DNA of 64,000 nucleotides from positions 3,136,001 to 3,200,000 of the forward strand of contig OZ241867.1 in NCBI GenBank assembly GCA_965203175.1, given 5' to 3'. Position numbers and translations under genes: made by a program. The first letter of the stretch is position 1. Every line of letters starts with the position of its first letter. The notes under the pieces are model-generated. The model searched no databases. It was not told where the DNA came from and worked only from the letters and a program-made list of their open reading frames with translations. Positions 57,105 to 64,000 of the stretch are shown here, piece by piece. This stretch comes from Candidatus Latescibacterota bacterium (GTDB lineage: Bacteria; Latescibacterota; UBA2968; UBA8231).

Positions 57105-57776
57105 TTAGCTCCTTGGAATAGGGTCGTAGGGTAAGGGATCGTCGGCACCCGCCCGGCGAAAGCCCGCCAAGCGCATGCGGCAACTCTCGCAGCGGCCACA
57201 GGCGAGGTCTTCGCGCTGATAGCAGGACCAGGTCAGGTGCAGGGGGGCGGCAAGCGCTAGGCCGCAGCGGATGATGGCGGCTTTGTCCCAGTCTATGAGC
57301 GGGGTCTGGATGCGCACTTGGGTTTGGGGGCTGGTACCAGCGGCGACCATGCGCTCGTAGGCGGTGAAAAATTCTCGCCGGCAGTCCGGGTAGTGGCTCT
57401 CGGCTTCGTGGGCACCGATGTAGATGTTGGTTGCGCCGATGACCTCGGCCCAAGCTACGGCCACGCCGAGTAGGTTGGCGTTGCGGAAGGGGACGTAGGT
57501 GGTGGGTAGGCCGGCTGTGGCGTCGTCTTCGGGGATAGGCTGGGTCGCATCGACCAAGCTGGAGCCGCCGATTTGGCGCATGTAATCGACGTCCACCACG
57601 AGGCGGGTCTCCACTTGGAAGTGATCCGCGAGGGCGGAAAACGCCATAAATTCGCGTTCCTCGGTGCGCTGGCGATAGCGCAGGTGGAGAAAGGCCAAGG
57701 GGCCGCGGCGGGCGGCAATGGCGGCGGTGACGCAGGAGTCGAGCCCACCGCTGACGAGGACGATTCCGAGGCTCAA
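57105..57776 (-). CDS. queC: 7-cyano-7-deazaguanine synthase
   Basis: SGGLDS, TYVPFRN, YPDCR, TWSCY...CGRCESC; TTG start overlapping the upstream stop codon. Confidence 0.93.
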   Translation of the reverse strand: MSLGIVLVSGGLDSCVTAAIAARRGPLAFLHLRYRQRTEEREFMAFSALADHFQVETRLVVDVDYMRQIGGSSLVDATQPIPEDDATAGLPTTYVPFRNANLLGVAVAWAEVIGATNIYIGAHEAESHYPDCRREFFTAYERMVAAGTSPQTQVRIQTPLIDWDKAAIIRCGLALAAPLHLTWSCYQREDLACGRCESCRMRLAGFRRAGADDPLPYDPIPRS

Positions 57777-58942
57777 AGCAAGAGGATGACTTCGTTTTGG
57801 ATGGGGGTTGTAACTTCTGGTCCAGTCTCTGGATCTACGTACACATTGACTTCGAGCCGCACGCCGAACTCCGGCAGGTACGCGCCCGGCTCCACGGAAA
57901 AGCCCGTGCCCGGTAGGATCGACCGCGCGTCGTGGGTCTCTAGGTCGTCGAGGTTTACGCCTAGCGCGTGGATGCTCGGCCCCGGGCCGAGGCTGTGTCC
58001 CGTGCGGTGGACGAACTGCTCGCCCAAACCGTGTTCTGTCAGGATTTGGCGCGCCACTTGGTCGAGTTGCCAGCCCTGTAGCACTTCGCCGGCGCGCCAC
58101 GCGGCGTCGAGCCGTTCCAACACTTGATCGCGCGCTTCGCGCACTGCGGCAAAGACCTCGGCGTGAGCCGCGGGCACGCGCGGGCCAGCAAAGGCGACCC
58201 AAGTCATGTCGCCAAACACGTGCTGCTCGCTAGGGTGGCGCGCCCACAGGTCGATGAGGATCCAAGCGCCCGGCTCAATGGGGGCGGCCGTGTCCGCGCG
58301 CGGCTCGTAGTGCGGATTGCCGCTGTTGCCATTGACGCCGACGATCGGCGGATGCCCGCTGTCGAGGCCGCGCTGCTCCAGTTCGGCGACGATGAATGAT
58401 TGGACATCGAACTCGGTGAGGCCGGTGTGGAGCTGGCTGCGGATGTGCTCAAAGGCTGCGTCCTTGACTTCGGCGACTTGGCGGCAGGCGTCGCGGTGCG
58501 AGGCGAGCGCGTCCGCGCTCCAAGTGGCCAAGGCGACTTGGCATAGATCGGCCGAAGACACCACTTCGGGGCCGAGGGATCGCACCAGCTCTAAGGTGCC
58601 GCCATCGACCCAAGACACCGTGGGCAGCGTGCCCCCGGGCCAGTACTCCATGGCTACTTGTGGCAGTCCGCCCACCGCATCGCGCAACAGGGAGTGGAGC
58701 TGTTCCCAGCTAGCGTAATGAGCGATATCTATGCCCAGCCCGGCGAGGGCCTCCGGCTCGACCGCCGAGCCGAGCAAGCGCGGCGCGCCTGCGGCTGGTA
58801 CGATAAGAAAGACGCGTCGGGTCGTATGCTGTCGCTGGCCCAACAACTGCCACAAGACCGGATTGCCGCCGCGAAAATCGTACACTAGCCAAGCGCCGAT
58901 TCCCTCCTGCTGCATATAGGCTTGTATTTTTTGTAGGTCCAA
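57773..58942 (-). CDS. M24 Xaa-Pro peptidase family protein
   Basis: NPHY, IDLWA, DMTW, HRTGHSLG, EPGAY, GVRLE; RBS GAGGAGG. Confidence 0.9.
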   Translation of the reverse strand: MDLQKIQAYMQQEGIGAWLVYDFRGGNPVLWQLLGQRQHTTRRVFLIVPAAGAPRLLGSAVEPEALAGLGIDIAHYASWEQLHSLLRDAVGGLPQVAMEYWPGGTLPTVSWVDGGTLELVRSLGPEVVSSADLCQVALATWSADALASHRDACRQVAEVKDAAFEHIRSQLHTGLTEFDVQSFIVAELEQRGLDSGHPPIVGVNGNSGNPHYEPRADTAAPIEPGAWILIDLWARHPSEQHVFGDMTWVAFAGPRVPAAHAEVFAAVREARDQVLERLDAAWRAGEVLQGWQLDQVARQILTEHGLGEQFVHRTGHSLGPGPSIHALGVNLDDLETHDARSILPGTGFSVEPGAYLPEFGVRLEVNVYVDPETGPEVTTPIQNEVILLL

Positions 58943-58961
58943 TGAAACCCTCCTCAACCGC

Positions 58962-61715
58962 TCAGCCTTGCGCGGCAAACAACTGCTGCAAGTACGCGCC
59001 CGTGTGGGAGCCGGCCGCGTCGGCCACTTCCTCGGGGCGGCCGCAAGCTGTGATTGCCCCGCCAGCTTCTCCGCCTTCTGGCCCCAAGTCGATGACCCAG
59101 TCGGCGGCCGCGATGAATTCGATGTGATGTTCGACTACTACTACGGTATTGCCCTCGTCAACTAAGCGCTGCAACAGCGCGAGCAGCAGGCGCACATCCT
59201 CCAAGTGCAGGCCCGAGGTCGGCTCGTCGAGGATGTAGAGCGCGTGATCTTGGCGCGAGCGCCCCAGTTCTGCTGCCAGCTTAACCCGCTGCGCTTCGCC
59301 GCCGGAAAAACTGGTCGCCGGTTGGCCGAGGTGCAAATAGCCCAAGCCCACTTCCGCGAGGGTTTCTAGCCGCTGCGCGACTTGGGGCACGGCCGCAAAA
59401 AGCGCGCTCGCCTCGGCCACGTTCATCTCCAGCACTTCGGCGATGTGGTGCTGGTGGAAGCGCACGTCCAAGACCTCGGCGCGGTAACGCCGTCCGCTGC
59501 AAGAGGGGCAGACGACTTCGAGGTCGTCGAATGCGCCTCGGCGCGTGCTGTGAACCCCCCGGCCCTTGCACAGGTCGCAGGCTCCCTCTGGGGCGTTGAA
59601 GCTGAAGTGGCCGGGCCGATAGCCCCGCAGGCGGGCTTCGGGCAGGTCGGCAAACAGGCGGCGAATCGGCGCTAGCAATCCCGTGTAGGTCGCCGCGTTC
59701 GAGCGCGCGCTGCGGCCGATGGGCCGCTGATCAACCGCGACGACGCGCGCCACCTGCTCGATTCCAGTACAAGCGCTGTAGGGCAGGGGACGCCGCTGGG
59801 TGCCGTGCAGTTTGGCCGCCAAGAGCGGATGCAGGGTGTGGCTGACCAGCGAGCTTTTGCCCGATCCGGAAACCCCGGTTACGCAGGTCAAGGTTCCCAA
59901 TGGCCATTTTACCTCGAGTTGGCGCAAGTTGTGGCCGCGGGCACCGGATAGTACTAACCACCCCTGTGGCTGGCGCGCTTGGGTGCGCGGCAGTTGCAGC
60001 GTACCGCGTAGATAGCGTCCGGTCAGAGATTCGGCTGCGGCTACCTCGCTCGGCGTGCCCTCGGCTACGACCTGTCCTCCGGCGGTCCCCGCGCCCGGCC
60101 CCATATCGACCAGCCAGTCGGCCCCGCGCAAAAGTGCGGCGTCGTGTTCTATGAGGAACACGGAGTTCCCAGCGTCGCGCAGTGTCCTGAGCGCGTCTAG
60201 GAGTTGGGCGGCGTCGCGCGCGTGCAAACCGGCGCTGGGTTCGTCGAGCACGTAGAGCATCTGCGTGGTGCCCGACGACAGGGCGGACCCGAGGCGCAGC
60301 CGCTGAAATTCTCCACTCGACAGGGTGTCGGCGCGGCGGTTTAGCTGCAGGTATTCTAGTCCCAGCTCTTGCAACAGGTTAAGCCGGCGGTTGATCTGGC
60401 CGCGGATGGCCTCGCCCACCGGAGCTACTGCTGTAGGAAAGTCGAGGTTACTGAGCCACTCGGCCGCTGCGACAACCGCGCATTCGCCGACCGCGGCAAT
60501 AGACGCTCCGCCCAATTCTACTGCGAGCGATTCGGGCCGTAAGCGCGCCCCGTCGCAGCTAGGGCACGGCGCGTCGTCGAGGCGTTCTTCCAGCCAGGCC
60601 AATTCCTCGCCTTCGGCTTTGGCACCGACGCGCTCCAGCCAGCGCGCTAGCCCGATGAATCGGCGTCCCTGTCCGTGCCATAGCCGTTCGGCCGCTTGGT
60701 CCGGCCAGTCGCCTACGGGCTGTTCGGGATCGACTTGGTGCCGCTGGCAGAAGGATTGCAGGCGGTCGCGCAAATCGCCGTGCCCAAAGTCGTGCCATAG
60801 GGCCCCCAAGGCCCCTTCGAGCGTAGCCTGTCCACCGGCGAAGATCTGCTCGCTGCTCAAGCCGTTCTGCACTCCAAGGCCCCGGCACGTCGCGCAGGCT
60901 CCGGCCGCGCTATTGAAGGAAAACAGCGCGGGTTCTAGGGCTGGGAAGGGTGCGCCACAGGCCGAGCACGCTGGCCGCACGGCAAAAACTAGATCGCTTC
61001 CAGCGTCTGGAGTGGAAAGCACCACTTGGCCGTCGCCCGCTTCCAAAGCCGCTTGCAGCGACCCTTGTAGGCGGCGCGCGATGCCCTTTTTGACGACGAG
61101 GCGATCGACGACCACGGACAGGTGCTGGGCGCGGGCAACGCGTTCGGGCGCGATGTCCTCTAGCAGCAGATCTTGTCCGTCGAGTCGCACGTGGCGGTAG
61201 CCAGCGCGATCAATCGCGGCGAGTACCTGCTCGGGCGTCTCGTCCTCCCGCGGGCGGCGCGGCGCGAGAATCATCAGGCGGGTGCCATCTGGCATGCTCG
61301 CAGCCGCTTCGTTTGCTTCCTCAAAGCGATGTGTCTGCACCTGCCCGCCGCAGTGGAGGCAGCTAGGCCGCCCAATGCGGGCGAAGAGCAGGCGCAACAG
61401 GTCGTACAAGCCGGAGAGGGTCGCTACTGTGGCTCGCGGACTCTGGTGGCCGGTTCCTCCGGCTAGCGCGAGAGCGGGGGCTAGGCCGTCGATATGGCGG
61501 GCCTTGGGCACGCGCAATGCGCGCCAGCCGCCTCCCTGATCCAGCGCCGCGAGAAAGCGCCGACGCGCTTCGGCGTAAATCGTGTCCAATACGAGGGAAG
61601 TCTTGCCCGATCCGGACGGGCCGCTGACGGCCACGAGGGATTCGTGGGGCAGGTCCAAGGAAACGGCGCGCAGATTGTGTTCGCAGGCATCCCGGACGAC
61701 TAAAGTCGGCTGCAT
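58962..61715 (-). CDS. uvrA: UvrA-family excinuclease ATPase (divergent)
   Basis: Two Walker A motifs ([16 protein letters not shown]), zinc fingers, FSFN, and LSSGE / FSGGEAQR signatures. Confidence 0.88.
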   Translation of the reverse strand: MQPTLVVRDACEHNLRAVSLDLPHESLVAVSGPSGSGKTSLVLDTIYAEARRRFLAALDQGGGWRALRVPKARHIDGLAPALALAGGTGHQSPRATVATLSGLYDLLRLLFARIGRPSCLHCGGQVQTHRFEEANEAAASMPDGTRLMILAPRRPREDETPEQVLAAIDRAGYRHVRLDGQDLLLEDIAPERVARAQHLSVVVDRLVVKKGIARRLQGSLQAALEAGDGQVVLSTPDAGSDLVFAVRPACSACGAPFPALEPALFSFNSAAGACATCRGLGVQNGLSSEQIFAGGQATLEGALGALWHDFGHGDLRDRLQSFCQRHQVDPEQPVGDWPDQAAERLWHGQGRRFIGLARWLERVGAKAEGEELAWLEERLDDAPCPSCDGARLRPESLAVELGGASIAAVGECAVVAAAEWLSNLDFPTAVAPVGEAIRGQINRRLNLLQELGLEYLQLNRRADTLSSGEFQRLRLGSALSSGTTQMLYVLDEPSAGLHARDAAQLLDALRTLRDAGNSVFLIEHDAALLRGADWLVDMGPGAGTAGGQVVAEGTPSEVAAAESLTGRYLRGTLQLPRTQARQPQGWLVLSGARGHNLRQLEVKWPLGTLTCVTGVSGSGKSSLVSHTLHPLLAAKLHGTQRRPLPYSACTGIEQVARVVAVDQRPIGRSARSNAATYTGLLAPIRRLFADLPEARLRGYRPGHFSFNAPEGACDLCKGRGVHSTRRGAFDDLEVVCPSCSGRRYRAEVLDVRFHQHHIAEVLEMNVAEASALFAAVPQVAQRLETLAEVGLGYLHLGQPATSFSGGEAQRVKLAAELGRSRQDHALYILDEPTSGLHLEDVRLLLALLQRLVDEGNTVVVVEHHIEFIAAADWVIDLGPEGGEAGGAITACGRPEEVADAAGSHTGAYLQQLFAAQG

Positions 61716-61810
61716 TGTGCCCGTCTATTCGCGCATTTTACGGAAAACATAGGTGCATAAAACATAGGGTTCGGGTGTTGTACAATCCGAGAAGCAGACC
61801 GGCGTTTACA

Positions 61811-61839
61811 TTGACGATAAATCGCTTAGTCTGTATATT
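61811..61839 (+). promoter_or_regulatory. Sigma70-type promoter for the tolC operon
   Basis: TTGACG-N17-TATATT, with the same -10 as the ilvC promoter. Confidence 0.65.
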
Positions 61840-61930
61840 AACTTAACTATTTTTAACAAGTTATAAAAATGACGAATCCGCGCTATTATCGCGAATTCCG
61901 CCTCTTCCGCCGCTGAGATTTCCCACTGGC

Positions 61931-63298
61931 ATGCAAATTTGCACCCCCTTCTGGCTAGGGGTTTGGAGCCTCGCCATGTGCTTGCCCACCCTCCCGGCCC
62001 GCGCCCAAATGCCCGATAAGCACTGGACGCTGACTGAGCTTATCAACCGCGCCTTGGACCGCGATGGCGAGGTTGCGAGTGGCCGCTGGAAGGTCGAGTC
62101 GGCTGACGCGCGTCGCCGCCAAGCTGCGGCCGCTAAAATCCTCCCCCGCCTGCGCATCGACAGCAAAAGTGGCCTAGTTCCAGACGCCATGGGCAGTGTG
62201 TTCAACCCGCCCGCCGATACCACGGGCCTCCGTTCCTTGGGCCCTTTTGCGCGCGCCGAGTTGCAATTTGTGCAGCCGCTCTATCCCTTTAGCCTCGGCC
62301 GCCATTTGAACGAGGCCGCTACCCGAGGGGTCGATGTGGAGCAGTCCGACCTGTCGCAGACCCAGTTGGACGTGGCTTTTGCCGTCAAGGAGCTGTACTA
62401 CGGACTGCTGTTGGCGCAAGACTTAGACGCCTTGGCGCGGCGCGTGAGCGATGAGCTAGCTAGCAGAGCCGAGGAGTTGGACGACGACCCCTCGCTCTCG
62501 TCGTCCGATCGCTACAAGCTGCGGCTGGCCCAGCTCGACTTGGCCGTGCAGCAGCGCGAGGTGGGCGATCAATTGGCCTTGGCGCGGTCGGCGCTGGCTT
62601 GGCGCACGGGCCTGCCCAGCGATGCGCCGCTCCTGCTCCGGGCCGAGCGACTCGCGCCGGTGGTAGTCTCGGTCCCGTCCCTAGACGATCTAATCGCACA
62701 GGCCCTCGACCTGCGGCCGGAATGGCGCAAGCTGCAAGCGGGCCTCGCCGCCAAACAGGCCCTCGCGCAAGCAGCCCGCGCCGCTTATCAGCCCCAAGTG
62801 TTTGTCAGCGGTGGCTTGCGCTACGCCGTGGCCCCTGGGCGCACCGATCAGCGGAATCCATTTGTCAAAGACGAGTTCAACTTTTTCAACGGCGGCGTCT
62901 TCATCGGAGTGCGGCAATCCTTGGAATGGCACTTGTTGGCCGCGGATGTAGATAGGGCACGCGCTGAATACCGCGCGCTCGAAGTGCGCGTACCGAGTGC
63001 GCAGGAGGGGATCCGCTTAGATGTCCGCCGCGCCTATTTGGACTATCGCCGCGCCGACCGCGATTTGCAAGATGCGCGCAAGAGTCGGCAATTGGCCCGG
63101 CAGTGGCTGCGGGAAGCCCGCGACGATTTTGAGTTCGACCCGCAGACCATCGGCGAATTGATCGCCGCTTTTGAGACTTGGGCCCGCCGCGAACAAGCCC
63201 ACGGCGAAGTGCTGTACGACTTCAACCTCAGCGTCGCCCGCCTCGAAAAGGCCACGGGCGGTCTCGAACTGATCCCACGCGATGATACAACTCCTTAG
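61931..63298 (+). CDS. TolC-family outer membrane protein
   Basis: Signal peptide; QPLY, VKELYY, RPE, LDVRRAY, LEKATG pattern. Confidence 0.88.
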   Translation: MQICTPFWLGVWSLAMCLPTLPARAQMPDKHWTLTELINRALDRDGEVASGRWKVESADARRRQAAAAKILPRLRIDSKSGLVPDAMGSVFNPPADTTGLRSLGPFARAELQFVQPLYPFSLGRHLNEAATRGVDVEQSDLSQTQLDVAFAVKELYYGLLLAQDLDALARRVSDELASRAEELDDDPSLSSSDRYKLRLAQLDLAVQQREVGDQLALARSALAWRTGLPSDAPLLLRAERLAPVVVSVPSLDDLIAQALDLRPEWRKLQAGLAAKQALAQAARAAYQPQVFVSGGLRYAVAPGRTDQRNPFVKDEFNFFNGGVFIGVRQSLEWHLLAADVDRARAEYRALEVRVPSAQEGIRLDVRRAYLDYRRADRDLQDARKSRQLARQWLREARDDFEFDPQTIGELIAAFETWARREQAHGEVLYDFNLSVARLEKATGGLELIPRDDTTP

Positions 63299-64000
63299 CG
63301 CGGTCCTGTTGTTGGCGTTGGCCAACCCAAGCGACGGCAGGGCCGATGCGGCTTGGGCGACGGCGGCCGTGGCGCGGCTGAATGCGCTGCCAGAGGCACC
63401 CAACAGCGAGCACGCCGACGGAGCCGACCGCTTAGTGCGCGAACACTTGGCCGTGGACGAGTTTGCTGCGGCGACTTTTGGCGACTATCTCGAAGAGTCG
63501 CTGGACGCATACCGGGGCTTGCTATCCGATCTGCGCTTTACACACCTCGTCGAGCACTATCGCCGCCGACTAGCTAGAGCCTATCAGCACCGTCTCAGCG
63601 CCGACTTAGCCGCCCAACTCGCTTCTCCGGACTGGCGTGGCTTGCGCTTGGATAGCCTCGAAGTGAATGGCCAGCGGGGCCGTGCGCAGCTTCGCGCCTT
63701 GTTTGACACGCGCTCGCTCGGCGTGGAGGCCGACTTGATTTTCGCAGACGGAACTTGGAAAATCGCCGAGTTGAAGATCGACGGCAGGCTCGTCTCCAGC
63801 CACTATCGGCGTCGCTACCAGTCGCTGATCGACGGTGGCCATTCGCCGCCAGTAATGGAGGCCCAGCTCGCCGAGCGCGAATTCGTCGTTCTCGAGGACT
63901 TTGACGCTACTTGGGACGGGTCGCAGCCGATGGAGTGGGGGCCGTGGAAGAAAAAGGACCGGCTCAAACCCGTGCTCTATCGCGTAGAAGGCCGTCCTCG
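63282..64000 (+). CDS. Secreted MlaC-like protein, possibly fused to DUF3047 (runs off window)
   Basis: Manual translation MIQLLSAVLLLALANPSD...WKIAELKIDGRLVSSHYRRRYQSLI...VLEDF...WGPW...YRV; open to the window end. Confidence 0.6.
   Translation, partial: MIQLLSAVLLLALANPSDGRADAAWATAAVARLNALPEAPNSEHADGADRLVREHLAVDEFAAATFGDYLEESLDAYRGLLSDLRFTHLVEHYRRRLARAYQHRLSADLAAQLASPDWRGLRLDSLEVNGQRGRAQLRALFDTRSLGVEADLIFADGTWKIAELKIDGRLVSSHYRRRYQSLIDGGHSPPVMEAQLAEREFVVLEDFDATWDGSQPMEWGPWKKKDRLKPVLYRVEGRP

Noticed and set aside
54200-57776. queC/queF as a Dpd 7-deazaguanine DNA-modification system
   Set aside because: No dpdA/tgt-like or other dpd genes; the presence of queF points to tRNA queuosine synthesis.
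1-64000. tRNA/rRNA genes
   Set aside because: None recognised by eye in the intergenic regions; tRNAscan-SE/Infernal would be needed to exclude them.

Overview
This is a GC-rich bacterial chromosomal window. Its gene content (DUF6785/OPT-like membrane proteins, DUF4159 proteins, several Gfo/Idh/MocA enzymes) is suggestive of an uncultured Latescibacterota/Gemmatimonadota-like lineage; that placement is inference only. Bases 1-7.6 kb form a decayed defence/cassette island. It contains a Hachiman-like hamA plus a truncated hamB helicase, an IS1-family and an IS5(IS903)-family element that both lack target duplications and each join two unrelated truncated genes, two attC-like sites with no integrase in view, and a DUF4365 two-gene module bracketed by a duplicated gene 3' end. 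The rest is mostly core genome: slt, aceE-aceF-lpdA, tandem DUF4159 paralogs, an MgtE cluster, an ilvC-leuACDB-cimA-argJ-aminotransferase-accA operon with a Leu/Ile-rich leader peptide, queC/queF, uvrA and tolC. The best candidates for poorly described biology are three: (i) a low-GC GIY-YIG nuclease preceded by two tandem REP-like stem-loop units, (ii) a giant M28-pseudopeptidase/FtsX permease clustered with three OPT/DUF6785-like membrane proteins, and (iii) a recurring mode of integrase-free islet insertion that duplicates the 3' end of the upstream gene. All family assignments are from motif recognition by eye; no database searches were run.
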